Positions 27,470 through 40,767 of a stretch of 64,000 bases of DNA are shown piece after piece (position 1 is the first letter of the stretch; each line of letters starts with the position of its first letter). Origin of the DNA: Eledone cirrhosa (Eukaryota); assembly GCA_964016885.1 (NCBI GenBank), contig OZ024747.1:22072001-22136000 (forward strand), in the 5' to 3' direction. The position numbers were made by a program, and so were the translations under genes. Under the pieces are notes generated by a model, which was not told the origin of the DNA, made no database searches, and saw only the letters and a list, made by a program, of their open reading frames with translations.

Positions 27470-27805
27470 GATGCTTATTTGCGATATAATTCGTTGGGAG
27501 ATGATCTCCGACATACACTGAATAGGTCTGCTGTGGAGTGCTGAACAACAGGAACGAAAATCAGTGCTGCGAAGACTGAGACTCTCGTCTTCTTTAAAAA
27601 GCTCGAGAAGTGCACTCTACATGAAAGTGGTATCAAGACTGGGGGATTGAATGCAGATATCATTGTACTACTTAACTCATCGGAAGGTGATCTCCAACAT
27701 GCGCTAGATAGATTCGCTGTCAAGTGCTACACGGCAGGAATGAAAATCAATGCTGCGAAAACTGAGACACTCGTTTTCTCAAGAATGCTTGCGCAGTGCA
27801 AGTTA
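27470..27805. mobile_element. Two tandem decayed RTE RT fragments
   Basis: ADIIVLL..SEGDLQHALDRFAVKC..AGMKINAAKTETLVF, with a similar copy just upstream. Confidence 0.65.
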
Positions 27806-28106
27806 TTTCTGCAGTTACTCATACATTTAATCCTGTAGGTCATTTATACAAATATTCTGTACATTTAACATTTATATCTTCTGTTACGTATCAGTAATCG
27901 ACTTAAACTATAGGGTTCCTTATGTGTAAACAATTAAATTATCAAAATCCTGGACTCCATAAATTAAATACGTTTCACTCTATAGCCGTCATTCTTGGCG
28001 GCACGGGTTCACTGATATATATATATATATATATAAGTATGAAATTTGTGGAAATTTGTAGAAAAAAAAACAACAAATTTCTACAAATTTCATACTTCAC
28101 GACCCA

Positions 28107-28227
<121 letters not shown>

Positions 28228-28417
28228 TATTGCGAGATGTCAGGGGGAGGTAATTATATTTATTTAAACATAATGATTAAATTATTTACGAAATGCCTTG
28301 TATGTGTGGAATGTTGATAACGTCTGCCAATACAATTAATTTTTATTTTCTCTCCTTCTTTTCTAAAGCCTTCCTCTTTTTGATGTGTGTGTAGAGAGAG
28401 AGAGAAAGAGAGAGAGA

Positions 28418-28485
<68 letters not shown>

Positions 28486-28746
28486 CCTACCTTACCCCCT
28501 CGCTCTAAGCTGCCTCTCCGAAGTGTTTTATTTTTTATTCCTTTAATACTTTCAGTCACTAACCATTATTGGGCCACCACTTTCAAGAGATTTATTTAGT
28601 CGATCATATTCATATTGTACCCTCAGTATATCTTTCATTCTGGTACTGATTTTGTCGATTTCTATTAGTTGAACTGTTAGGTTAAGGAACAAAAGAACAC
28701 AACATAAACAGCAAAGGACAAGCACACACAGTCACCCACCTCTCTC

Positions 28747-28777
<31 letters not shown>

Positions 28778-28904
28778 CCCGTAACAAATAGAGAGATGAT
28801 GTGCTGAAATCAGCGGCTTTTAGGCTCACCTGATTAAAGAAACAATTGTTAATACTGTAAATAAACCCTATTGTACATCCGACATGTTATTCTTCATTCT
28901 TTCG

Positions 28905-29263
28905 GACGCCATGTTTTCCAGCATAGTTACGTTCCTTTACGATCTGAGTTCAAATCCCGCCGAGGTTGACTTTGCCTTTCATCCTTACGGGGTCGATAAA
29001 ATAAAGTACCAGTAATGCACTGGGTAATTGCTACCCTTGTGCCTAAAGTAGAAACAATTATTACTCCGAAAGGCGGTGGATTGGCAGTATCGGTAGAGGG
29101 TCGGACGCCATGCTTTGACGCAAAGAGTTGCGCCCCTTTCCATTCTGAGTTCAAATCCCGCCGAGGTTAACTTTGCCTTTCATCCTTACGGGGTCGATAA
29201 AATAAAAGTACCAGTAATACACTGGGTAATTGCTGGCCTTGTTCCAAAAGTAGAAACCATTAT
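28905..29263 (+). mobile_element. Two tandem family-1 SINEs
   Basis: One 5'-truncated copy and one full copy (29072-29263). Confidence 0.88.
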
Positions 29264-30689
29264 TTAAAATAGGTAGATAAGTAAAATTTAAAATATAACT
29301 GTCCACCATATACATTAAATTGTTATGACTTCATGAAAATAAAACTTTAATCTCCTTTGCTGTTCTGTCGTTGTCATAGTTGTTTGAATTTGTCTCCATT
29401 TTCTAAAATCTTGTCTTCCTTTTGTTTACTTCCATCTTATTCTTTCGTTATTTTCCGTTCGCCTTATGTTTTCTTTCGTTTTCTTTCGTTTTCTTGTATC
29501 TTCTGTTTCTGATGTCTTTATCTGTCTTTATATGACTTCCTATATCCTTCGTTTCCGTGTTCGGTTTTCTTCTATGTTTCTCTTCCTAATCTATCTGTCT
29601 GAAGATAAATCGGGGGATGCCTTTCAGTAATACGCCTACTACCTTTCAACAGACGACATATCTCCCTCAGAAATATGTGCCTACATTAAATCTGTTTTCT
29701 AGATAACTTATGCTATTGCTGCTACCGTTGTTACCATTGTTGAAAGACTGTCAATAATTCATTCAACACGAAAACATACATTGTAAGCATATATTAAGAG
29801 AAAATATGAGGAGAAAAACATCTAACCAAGATCACACCCTTATTACTCAATGTTACTTGTATTTTATTTGGTTTTATCTTATTTTGTTCTATGTTATATT
29901 TCTTATTGTAAGTCATTTTCTCTCCGGAGTGCGTGAGAATTGAAAGCTATATTTTAACACCTCATCCATTCACTGTTCCTCTCTTAAACATACAAACCAC
30001 AAATCTGCTTTTACTACATGGGAAAACGTATAACATTACTTCCGTTTTGATAAAATATATTCATCTCCAAAGAAAAGTTCTCTCTCCCCCGAACTTAGTC
30101 ATATATTAACTAAGACAAGCAGATGTCAGACGATGCCACGCGAACATTGAGAGTTTTATTTGACTGGCAGCTCGTTTAACTGAAATTAAATGAATATATT
30201 ACTATTCCGAACAGAAAAGATATAAACTGAGCTAAAACCCTAATAAAACACTTATTTAAAAAACAACAACAACATATCAAGTTTCCCCTTCACACATATA
30301 CACACAGGTTTTAACACAAGCCAACAACAACAATAATGATGTTTTATATAGGCACAAGGACAGCAATATGGGGAAGGGGGGTCGGGGTGGAAGTCGATTA
30401 TATCTACTCCGGTATTTGACTGGTAGTTTATTCTATCGACCTAAGAAGGATAAAAGGCAAAGTTGACCTCGGTGGAATTTGAACTCAGAACCCAGAAAGT
30501 AAAAAAGCCAGAACAAATACCACAAAGCACTTCGTCGGTGGCATTTCTGCCAATAATAATAATAATTTTCAATGGATTTGTAAGAGACTGATTGATATTC
30601 GATCTGTAATGTAATAGTGGTCCCCAAGCAAGCGATAGATAAGTGTTTGGAATCTCTTTAGAAGTGGTTATAACAACACACAATTAGAG

Positions 30690-30865
30690 CCCTTGCGTTC
30701 GGTTCAAGTGCTAGGCCTAAATATCACCAAGGATCTCTCATAGAAAACGTATATCTTAAACATAGCTAGAGCCGCATCTAAAAGACTCACCGTTCTCTTC
30801 AGAACCAATAAATACTTTAGACCCCAACAACTTCTGATTTCCTACAAGGCTCAGGTAAGATCCGT
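30690..30865 (+). mobile_element. CR1/Jockey-group LINE fragment
   Basis: LGLNITKDLS*KTYILNIARAASKRL..L...YKAQVR. Confidence 0.55.
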
Positions 30866-31556
30866 AGACTAAACTGTAGTTTATTGTTTTATATAACTTT
30901 ATTACCCTTTAAATCTCAATTTCGTGAAGGCGCTTGATTAGGGTTGTCGATTCACAATCGTAAGGTTGTGACTACGATTCATATTGGCACGTTGTGTCCT
31001 TGAGCAAGACATTTTATTTCCCCTTGCTTCAGGCCACTCAGCTGACAAAAACGAGTTGTACCAGTAATCCAAGATACCAGTCTTGTCACTCGCTATAACA
31101 CGCTGGACCCCCCAACAATTACACGTGTCTGTGGAATGCTCAGTCATTTACACGTTAATTTGACGAGCATGTTATTTCGTTGTTGGATCAACTGGAACAC
31201 TCGTCGTCGGAAGTGACGGAGGTCCAACAACAACAAGTCTCATTTCATTTTACATTTTCGTCGTCTCTCTCCCTCATTCCCACATTCTTCCTCCTACACT
31301 TTTCCATTGCGTTGCTGCAGCATATGTAACGCATTTAGCAGAGCCTAGCAAATGTAATTAACCCAGTTGTATGAATGCTAATTAATTACCAAAATGACAT
31401 CCACATTGTATTTCGTCCATCTAATATTTCCTACTTCGACTATTAATTGTTTTTTTCTTCTATTCCATTTGAGAAATCCAAGCCAAAGTAATAAACTGTC
31501 ACCAGGCTCTTGTTATTGCTGATTTAAAAACACTATTATTATTATTATTTGAAACT

Positions 31557-31883
31557 GGGCGGTGGATTGGCAGTATCGGTAGAAGGTCGGACGTAATGCT
31601 TCGCAGTATGGAGTTATGGCGCTTTACGGTCTGAGTTCAAAACCCCGCCGAGGTTAACTTTGCCTTTTATCCTTACGAGGTCGATAAAATAAAGCACCAG
31701 TCACGCACTGGAGTCGATTTAATCCCTCCCCCAAAATTGCTGGCCTTGTGCCATATAAGAGACCATCATTATCCCGCCGAGGTTAACTTTGCCTTTCCTC
31801 CTTACGAGGTCGATAAAATAAAGTACCAGTAATACACTGGGATAATTGCTGGCCTTGTGCCAAAAGTAGAAATAATTATTATT
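31557..31883 (+). mobile_element. Family-1 SINE plus a tandem partial copy
   Basis: Family-1 core present twice. Confidence 0.85.
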
Positions 31884-31989
31884 TGAAACGTCCTTTGAAT
31901 TCTATTTCTTTCCCAAACCATGCCGAGTGTCAGCCTGACACCCGAGGCAAAATTTGATAACACACACACCTTACAATAAATTGTCATAT

Positions 31990-32450
31990 AGATGATGCCT
32001 GCAAGGGCACAAATAGCAAATGTCTTTGCAAGGTTTTAAAATTGATATTGCCCTTCCCAGGACATGGACAGTGCAAGTCAGCACTATTTTCTGTATCTCT
32101 TGCAGAGATGGCTTTCCAGGTATCTGGTCTAAATATTTTTCAGTTCCGTTTTTTTTTATCATTCCAAGTGCGCCGACTATTACTGGTATTGTACAGGCCT
32201 TAAGATGCCACATTTTATCAATTTTAATTGATATATCTTTATACTTACTGAGCTTTCCGAACTCTTTCGAGGAGATGTTACGATCTGATGGAATGCTCAT
32301 ATCAATTAAGAAACATGTTTTCTCTTTATGGTCCTTCGCAATTATATCAGGTATGTTGGCCTTCATTGTTTTATCAGTATTCACAGTTAAATCCTATAGG
32401 ATTGTCACGTTCTCGTCTCCTGTTACTTCATCTAGGAGATGGTTGTACCA
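31990..32450 (-). mobile_element. R4/Dong-like LINE C-terminal RLE fragment
   Basis: TDKTMKANIPDII..D..EKTCFLIDMSIP...KLSKYKD...IPVIVGALG parallels the C-terminus of the ORF at 35980-39138. Confidence 0.85.
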
Positions 32451-32459
32451 GCCTCAACA

Positions 32460-32815
32460 CTTTAGTCAGGGTGGTATGTTTCAGCTGCGTTCCGCAGACA
32501 AAATGGGGAAGTCATGCCGCGAAGAAGTGCCAGCGACACCCACTGCAACAGCCACTTTACCTCACAGAGTTCCTTCCTCGGGCGAGCTGCTGTCTTTCCA
32601 ATTTTACGGAGGAAAACAGCAGTTTGGGGGACCGAGGACACTCGAGATCTCGACGGCAATCAGCGCGAATAGGAAGCGGTCGATTAACCCCCGGTATTTG
32701 GTTATCATCCTCTCATCTGCATTGTGGGCGGTGGTACTCGAGTTTGCGGCCGAAGTGATAAAATTGGGGTGTGGGGTGAACAAGTCGCAGCACATGGCAT
32801 CCTAGATTTACCTCC
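32460..32815 (-). mobile_element. CRE-like LINE C-terminal RLE fragment
   Basis: DAMCCD...AA...ADERMITKYRGL..RFLF..IAVEISSVLGP...FLRKIG..WLLQ.VSLALLRG (frameshifted). Confidence 0.6.
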
Positions 32816-35599
32816 TTCGAATGAGAAAAGAGTTATCTTGTCTGGGCGCTTACCATCACCAGTTATGTTATATTCAAGACTGCACTGTCCTGTATAGACA
32901 AAGCTCCAGTTTTTATGACAGTCGAGTATGATTTGAGGAAGATTTCGCTACTGTTTCTAGCCTCTCATCGGTGGCATAGGTAAAGGCTCTCTTGTAAATT
33001 TTCGAGTAAAACTCACTCTTCAATAAATTAATATTAATGTCTGAGTCAACGTGGTGGAATAGGGAGGAAGGGTCGTTAAGATATTCAACGATATTCAGGT
33101 ATGGTTCTTGAACAGTACAGTAACAATACTCTTGAATTGACAGCGTGTGTGTGCCGATTACAAACCTGTTTTGTACTTGTAGCCACCACCAAGTATGTAC
33201 ATTAAGAATGAGATGCCGATACGTTTTTTACACACTGTCTATTTCGAAAGCATGCAATGTTTATGAACAAAGCGTATTGTCATTTTAATATACATGGCAT
33301 TTATCTTATAAATCAAGACTCGAGTTCAGTATTTTTGTCAAGTTCATCACATCCTATTACACCATATCGTCTTAACTCTTAAAGTCCTATGCCACATGAA
33401 ACTACATTAGCAAGACACTGTTGAAGAGAACAAAACAGTACTATGACTGTATCATACTAAAAATTAAAGTTACTGGCGACATAGCAGAGTTTAATAAGAA
33501 ATCGTCTGTCGAGGTTTTTCCTCCTTTAGCTTCTGCTTTCCCTAGTATCCACAAGATACTGAAACTATATGACTTATAGCAATTTAGAGGTTTTCATCTC
33601 TTAGAAGGATGTTTTGACTATAAATAAGGGTCCTAATATGTGCTAGGTCTCCAACTCGAGTATTTCTATGTCCTTGTGTACTAATATTAGATAATCGTTG
33701 ATCCTGTCCTGGATATATCCGTCCTCTTCACATGTCTTGCTGGATTTCTAAGCACCTCTCCTCACCAGGCAGTCCGGAGATGGCTTGTCACCAACTATTG
33801 ACCATGTAACAGATAGTACTGGATTACAAGTTACCAGTAGCACTCATGAGTGACTTGACTAGAGTTTTCGGTACTCTATGGTTGAATAAAAATTCAGATT
33901 AATAACCGTTGACATTAAGGCTGAGATTGGGTTCACCAACGATAACTACTTAGAATGTTAAAATGAATTGCTGAAGTTTACTCTCACACATTGTTCCATG
34001 ACACACGGTATGAGTTTGAGGCAATGCCCTTCCTCTTTAATTAATGTAATTTTATTGAGGAAGTTCACTGGGACATAGTGTGAATATAGTGTAACCGGTG
34101 CATTTTAATAACTCAATTAATTTTTGCCGATCCCTCAACATATCATTAGTGGCAACCATGTTGTGTTTTCTATAAAGCGTACAATTTTAAACAAAGCTCT
34201 TTCGCCTTACTGAGGTCTGGTTGTCGTGTATGTGCACTTGTGTGGGTTCTTCAGTTCTGGTTGGCTTCACATTTCGTCTCTTGCAAGATCGGTATGAATA
34301 GCTACCAAATTATGTATTAACGTCGATATAACCAACTAAAAAGATATTGAACGTAGTATCCCAGCATGATCAGAGTCCAATGACTGAAACTGAGAAAAAA
34401 ATGCTAGAAAGTTTAGCAAGATAGGCTATAGTATCTGAAATTCCAAATCTCAGCGAAATAATCCCATAAACCAAATTATAAATTAACAGCTGAAATTTTT
34501 ATATACGTTTCAAATTTCTTGATTATGATGTCTTATGCAATTTACATTAAAATCTAAGTAGGTAATTCAGGCAAATACATATTTCAAGCAATGACGAGAT
34601 ATAGAAATGGCACCTCAACAATACTAATTTTTGTTTTCACTCATTCACGTCATATATGTTTGTGTGTGTTTTGCCATCATTAAATGAGATAACAACTGAT
34701 CAACTAATGGACGTAAGCATTTCACTCATTCGTATGATTGCATTACTTTAATTTGGTTGACATCTTAATGGGAAAAGACAATCTAAAATTTGTTTTTAAA
34801 TAAACTAGATTAATAGGGGTCCGATGTATTCCTGTCAACAATGAACCCAAACCAATGCTTTTTCAATTTGCTAATAATTACCTTTCAATTGTTTAATATA
34901 TAGAGCACATACAGGGCGTTCGATTGGCAGAATTGGTTAAGCAAGGCTCAAATTAAATCAAATATAATGCTTTGTGGTATTCATTCCAGTTCACTGCACT
35001 CTGGGTTCGAATCTTGCCGAAGTCAGTTTTGCCTTTCATCTTTTCGATGTCGATAAAAAATTTACTACTCCACTACTGAGTCATTTTCCCCTCTGTATCT
35101 CTTTCACACTTCCTATTTATCACTCTTTCTCTCTCCTTCTCTGGAAGAAATCGGTTGTACTAAAACCTGGAAATGGGATGGGTTCCGCCAAGTTTAAAAT
35201 GTCTAAGACACGCCATGTATCACGACGGTGCCTATACAACTCCATCAGAAGTTACACACCCATATATACATACATGGAGCATCCTAAGTGTGAATGGTAT
35301 TACATTAGACCTTTGACTACTAAAAGGAATGTTTTCTTCAGTTCCGTGATATATTGATTGCTCTTTCTATTTGGATACAGGGGTCAATGTATCCCAGATT
35401 TTACTCTATCTATCTTGGATACATGATGGCTGAATATTTTAAAAATTAACTTCGCAATCTCAGGGTCGATCCCACTACATGATATTTCCGGAAAGTGTCA
35501 TTTACCATAGCCTCAGATCGATCCATGCCTTGTGAATGATATTGGGTAAACGGAAACTGTTTAGAAGCTCGGTGGATGGACTGTACCTGTAATTCAAAA

Positions 35600-35911
35600 C
35601 CCAAACATGTCATACTGTGTTATGATGACTCTCCCTGACAATTACGTTAAGGATAAATGTATGCCCCGAGCAAGATGGTTGGATAACATCCATGAGCTTG
35701 GCTGGGAACGCTTGGGGATTCAGCCAGATCAGTTGGAGATGGTTGGTTCTGGCAGGACCCGCTGGGAGGAGTGTTTGAAGACTCTGTCCCCAGGAGGAAT
35801 AAGTGAGAAGAAGAAGAAGAAGAAGAAGAAGAAGAAGGAGGAGGGGGAGGAGGAGGAGGAGGGGGTTAAGAAGAAGAAGAAGAAGAAGAAAGAGGAGGAG
35901 GAGAAAGAGGA

Positions 35912-35912
<1 letters not shown>
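35600..35912 (+). mobile_element. RTE 3' end with (GAA)n/(GAG)n tail
   Basis: PRARWLDNIHELGW...RTRWEECL; same family as 9545-9830. Confidence 0.7.
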
Positions 35913-35978
<66 letters not shown>

Positions 35979-38900
35979 TGGTTTATTTAAATTAGATGAA
36001 CAAAAATTGGCCGGGCAGGCTCGGGTAATAAGAACTAATGGGTGGATAAGCGAGCTGGAACTGGAGGAACTGAGCAGAGAGAATGGCTTGGAGATGGCGG
36101 GTGTAGTATGCCAGACAAGCGAGCCGGTGGGAAATGAAGGTGAGGAGGTCCTGAGAACGGAGGAACCACCCGAAGCAGACAATGATCTGAGTACTGAGAT
36201 AAATAATACCTGGAACAGAGATACGGCCACTGAGGAGATGAATGCTGACGGGCTAGGACAAGATTCGGTTGACATCCTAAATTTAGTGGTAGATGAATTG
36301 AACAATGATAGTGGGAGACCTATGAACCTAAGATTTGTAGACAGGAAAAAGTTAAAAGAAACAACAGCTAAGGTAAACAAAGTCATCCCATACCTTGAGG
36401 CGAGGAGCCTTCACCAGTGCAACAATATCCTCAGAGCAACAGCAAATACGGTGAGGAAACTACTTGGTATAAAAGCGAGAGGAAACAACAGACAAGAAAG
36501 AGCAGAGCCGTGGTGGAAGAAGCGACTGAGTGGGCAAATCGGGGAAATGAGAAATGACATAGGAAAGCTTGAGTCACTACTGAATGGGACACTAAAAAAC
36601 ATAGGCACTAAAAATAGACTGGAAATAAAATACAAAACTAGGAGTAAAAAGCTAAATATTATCATAGAGGAATTGAAGCAACGCATTGTAGCAAAGAGTG
36701 CAAAAATCAGGCGATACGAGAACAGAGTCAGTCAGTATAAACAGAACCGCATGTTCGACAACAACCAGAAGATGCTGTTTGGACAGCTTGAGGGCAAAGA
36801 AAGAGGCAACGACTTGATCCCTGGGGCGGAGCAAACTAAAACATTCTGGAGAGGAATATGGGAGCAGGATGTTAGACACAATGCCCAGGCAGGGTGGATT
36901 GAGACAGTACAGAGGGAGATCGGTGAGCAGGCACAGCAACAGACTGATTTGAGTATCACAGTTGAAACTCTTAAGGGACAAGCCAAAAAACTAACCAACT
37001 GGAAATCACCAGGCCCAGATGGTGTGCAGGGGTATTGGATTAAACATCTAACATCCCTCCACCCGAAGCTGACGGCCATGTTCAATGACTGCTTGGTGTC
37101 GGGTGAGGTGCCAGAGTCGTTGACAAAAGGTACCACAGTTCTGATAATGAAAGACCGAATCAAGGGTAATGATGCTACCAACTATAGACCTATCACATGT
37201 CTGCCCGTAATGTGGAAACTGTTGACGAGCATTGTGTCTGAGGAAATCTACCATCACCTCCACACAAACAACTTGTTACCGGACGAACAGAAAGGATGCC
37301 GAAAGAAGTCACGTGGTACAAAGGACCAGTTGCTTATTGATAAGATGGTAATGGGGAATTGCAGGAGGAGACACACTGATCTTGCCATGGGATGGATAGA
37401 CTACAGAAAGGCATTTGACATGGTGCCTCATTCCTGGATCACCAAAAGCCTGGAGATCTTCAGGGTGGCGGATAACATCAGACAGTTGCTAGGCAGGAGT
37501 ATGGGGTCCTGGGAGACAGAGTTGACATCAACTGGAGTATCCTTGGGAAGCGTGAAGATCAAGAGAGGTATCTTCCAGGGAGATAGCCTGTCCCCTCTGT
37601 TGTTTGTCCTTGCTCTGATGCCCTTGACCATTATGCTGCGAAAAGTGAGAGCAGGATACAAGTTGGGAAGGGGAGAGCTTACCATCAATCACCTCCTCTT
37701 CATGGACGATCTTAAGCTCTTCGGGAAAAGTGAGAAGGAGTTGGATGTGCTTGTTGACACTGTCCGTATTTTCAGCAGTGATATATGTATGCAGTTTGGT
37801 ATTGGTAAATGTGGAGTCATTGTGATGAAGAGGGGTAGGTTGAGCAGAAGTAACGGGATCCAGATACCAACAGGTGAGATGATAAAGGAAATTGACTCTG
37901 AGGAAGGATACAAGTATTTGGGCGTTCTGGCGGCTGATGGCATAAAGAACAAAAAAATGAAGGAATTGTTAAGAACTGAATACATTCGGAGAGTAAGGAG
38001 CGTATTGAAGTCACATCTGAACAGCAGAAATGCCATAAGCGCAGTAAATTCCCGAGCTGTGTCTATTATTAGGTACAGTGCGGGAATTCTGAGATGGAAT
38101 GTTGCTGAACAGAAAGAAATGGATAGGAAGACTAGGAAGCTATTGACTATCTACAACATGTTCCACAAGAGGAGTGATGTCGATAGACTCTACCTAAGGA
38201 GATCTGAGGGTGGAAGAGGTCTTATCAGCATAGAGGACTGTGTTCAGATGGAGAAAAACAACCTATACAAATACGTGACCTATAGTAAGGAGCCAATGCT
38301 CAGAGCTGTACTGAAGGAGGGGACAGTAGGCCAGGGGATGTCCAGGGAGGAAATAACATCAAGGAGGAAGAGCAGCCTTAAGGGAAAACCCCTTCATAGT
38401 ACCTTCTTTGAGAAAACTGAATTTAGAGATCCACAGACATGGAACTGGTTGAGAAGAGGAGACCTCAAAAAGGCTACAGAAGGAATGCTAATGGCTGCGC
38501 AGGAGCAGGCCCTCAAAACGAAGTGGTTGAAGCACCATATCTACAAGGAGGAGGCCAGCCCACTGTGCAGGATCTGTGGAGAGAGAGAGGAGACTGTGGC
38601 TCACATTGTGTCCGAGTGTAAACACCTAGCCCAGACCCACTATAAGGGCTGGAGACACGATGTGATGGGCAGGGTGATCCACTGGCACCTGTGCAAAGTA
38701 AACAATCTACCACATTCTGAGAAATGGTATGAGCATAGGCCAGAGGCGGTGATGGAGAACAATCAGGTGAAGGTGCTGTGGGATTTTAGGATACAGACGG
38801 ACAAAAAACTGGAACACAATAGACCTGACCTGGTGGTTGTGGACAAAGAAAAAAGATCGTGCCTGATTGTGGATGTGGCCTGCCCGTTCGACACGAGAGT

Positions 38901-39211
38901 GCAAGAGAAGGAGAGGGAGAAAATTAACCGATACCAGGACCTAAAGTGGGAGGTGAAAAGGATTTGGAACTGCCATGAAGTCAAAGTGATCCCGATTGTC
39001 ATAGGCGCACTGGGGACTATCTCCAAAAGTTTCCAGGGATGGTTAAAGAAAATCGGCCCCTTCACGCTTTTTGGAACGCTTCAAAAGGCATGCTTGCTTG
39101 GAACAGCAAGAACCCTCCGATACGTCCTGAATATCTGAGGCTGCAGGTAGTGGCTTGATATTCAATCCAACGGACTTTCCAGTTAACCAACATCAATGAC
39201 TGAGATTCAAG

Positions 39212-39212
<1 letters not shown>
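35979..39212 (+). mobile_element. R4/Dong-clade non-LTR retrotransposon, 5'-truncated, in an (AAT)n target
   Basis: (AAT)n at 35913-35978 and 39213-39247 flank the element; 3' UTR 39139-39212. Confidence 0.9.
35980..39138 (+). CDS. Reverse transcriptase + CCHC zinc knuckle + restriction-like endonuclease (uninterrupted ORF, true N-terminus missing)
   Basis: WKSPGPDG, NYRPITCL, IDYRKAFD, GIFQGDSLSPLLF, HLLFMDDLKL, YKYLG, GGRGL, CRICGEREETVAHIVSEC, RHD, RPDLVVVD..DVACP..EK..Y; first internal ATG at 36094. Confidence 0.95.
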   Translation, partial: GLFKLDEQKLAGQARVIRTNGWISELELEELSRENGLEMAGVVCQTSEPVGNEGEEVLRTEEPPEADNDLSTEINNTWNRDTATEEMNADGLGQDSVDILNLVVDELNNDSGRPMNLRFVDRKKLKETTAKVNKVIPYLEARSLHQCNNILRATANTVRKLLGIKARGNNRQERAEPWWKKRLSGQIGEMRNDIGKLESLLNGTLKNIGTKNRLEIKYKTRSKKLNIIIEELKQRIVAKSAKIRRYENRVSQYKQNRMFDNNQKMLFGQLEGKERGNDLIPGAEQTKTFWRGIWEQDVRHNAQAGWIETVQREIGEQAQQQTDLSITVETLKGQAKKLTNWKSPGPDGVQGYWIKHLTSLHPKLTAMFNDCLVSGEVPESLTKGTTVLIMKDRIKGNDATNYRPITCLPVMWKLLTSIVSEEIYHHLHTNNLLPDEQKGCRKKSRGTKDQLLIDKMVMGNCRRRHTDLAMGWIDYRKAFDMVPHSWITKSLEIFRVADNIRQLLGRSMGSWETELTSTGVSLGSVKIKRGIFQGDSLSPLLFVLALMPLTIMLRKVRAGYKLGRGELTINHLLFMDDLKLFGKSEKELDVLVDTVRIFSSDICMQFGIGKCGVIVMKRGRLSRSNGIQIPTGEMIKEIDSEEGYKYLGVLAADGIKNKKMKELLRTEYIRRVRSVLKSHLNSRNAISAVNSRAVSIIRYSAGILRWNVAEQKEMDRKTRKLLTIYNMFHKRSDVDRLYLRRSEGGRGLISIEDCVQMEKNNLYKYVTYSKEPMLRAVLKEGTVGQGMSREEITSRRKSSLKGKPLHSTFFEKTEFRDPQTWNWLRRGDLKKATEGMLMAAQEQALKTKWLKHHIYKEEASPLCRICGEREETVAHIVSECKHLAQTHYKGWRHDVMGRVIHWHLCKVNNLPHSEKWYEHRPEAVMENNQVKVLWDFRIQTDKKLEHNRPDLVVVDKEKRSCLIVDVACPFDTRVQEKEREKINRYQDLKWEVKRIWNCHEVKVIPIVIGALGTISKSFQGWLKKIGPFTLFGTLQKACLLGTARTLRYVLNI

Positions 39213-39275
<63 letters not shown>

Positions 39276-39368
39276 AAGAAGGAGGAGGGGGAGGAGGAGA
39301 AGAAGAAGAAGAAGAAGAAGAAGAAGAAGAAGAAGAAGAAGAAGAAGAAGAAGAAGAAGAAGAAGAAG

Positions 39369-39400
<32 letters not shown>

Positions 39401-39854
39401 TCCGTGGAATACTCAGTCACTTACACAACCACGTTGATTTCATGAGTAAGGCTGTTCCGTTATTCGAACTAATGGAACACTCATCGTCGAAACCGACGGC
39501 GGTTCATTCCATATCTATCTCACAAGATTAAAGGAATTGTGTTAACAGGAACGAATAATTCCATTATATGCACGGCCTGATCTTTTATATCTCAGTCAAA
39601 TGTAGAACGTTTTAAATATTCAATCTCTGTCGAAATAAGAGATGAATTGTTATTGATTTATCGATATCGAACATAGTTAAATACTATGATCGCTGTTGCA
39701 TTTCGAATGCTATATAACATTCTGATACTTTACAACACATTATCGTGTTAGGTCCAAACGGTGGTAGATTAACAATATCGGTAGAGAGATGGACAAAGTA
39801 TTTTAGTTACGACTTCGTTTCTGAGTTCAAATTTGCATTTCATCCTTGATAAAA

Positions 39855-40038
39855 TAATTGTTTCTACTTTTGGCACAAGGCCAGCAATTACTCAGTGCAT
39901 TACTGGTACTTTATTTTATCGACCCCGTAAGGATGAAAGGCAAAGTTAACCTCGACGGGATTTGAACTCAGAATGGAAAGGGCCGTAACTCTATGCGTCA
40001 AAGCATGGCACCCGACGCTCTATCGATACTGCCAATCC
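39855..40038 (-). mobile_element. Family-1 SINE
   Basis: Reverse copy nested in an older SINE; flanking TTGATAAAAATAAT duplication. Confidence 0.85.
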
Positions 40039-40630
40039 AATTCGTTGATAAAATAATAATTTGGGGGGAGGGGAAAGTCGATTAAATCGACCCCATCACT
40101 CTCCAGGTCGGAACGTAGCTGATTTCTTCCGGAGAAAGAGCTAGAGGAAGAATCGATCCTGTCATTGAGCTGGTATTTTATTTATCGACAGTGAAAGCAT
40201 CGCCTGATCTGTTCTGAATGCAGCAAACATTGAGGGATATGCAGAAGACTCATTAGCCACCGTAGACACAAAGATCTGCCGTTCTAACAATTCTAAAACC
40301 CATCGCTCTTAGACATTGATTTTTTCAGACAAACATGAGCCTCAAATTTTCTGGGTGAGGTAATAATCTGGACGAGGTTATATCGGTCTCAGTATTTGAT
40401 TCGTACTTTATTTTATCGACCTACGAGAAGAAATGAAATAAAATAAAAGTAACAATGGCGGAATTTGAACTTAAAACACCATTAAATACCTGAAATAGAA
40501 ACAAAAACCAAGAAACACAAAGCAAAAACAAAGTAAGAGCGCGGGGGGTAGAAATAGAAAGAGAAAGAGAAAGACGAGGAAAAAAACAAAGGGATGTTAG
40601 CAGTAAAAACTATGAAATAAATTAAGTTAC

Positions 40631-40767
40631 CACCCCATTCTGTAGAGTTTTGCTCAGGTTGAAGCAGGCCAATCCTCCACTTATGGAAGCAGGGTTGCGT
40701 TGTCATGTCTTTCTTCTTATCGAGAGTAGAAAATGAGGTTACGATGACATTCACCAATAAAGGTGAA
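40631..40767 (-). CDS. Candidate internal exon, unknown product
   Basis: Minus strand ttgcatttcctgttgtaatccag| ... GTG|gtaact; single open frame SPLLVNVIVTSFSTLDKKKDMTTQPCFHKWRIGLLQPEQNSTEWG. Confidence 0.25.

Noticed and set aside
32020-32805. 261-aa plus-strand ORF
   Set aside because: Antisense shadow of two LINE fragments on the minus strand
35803-35979. Poly-Arg/poly-Ile N-terminus of the 1111-aa ORF
   Set aside because: In-frame read-through of (GAA)n and (AAT)n microsatellites outside the element
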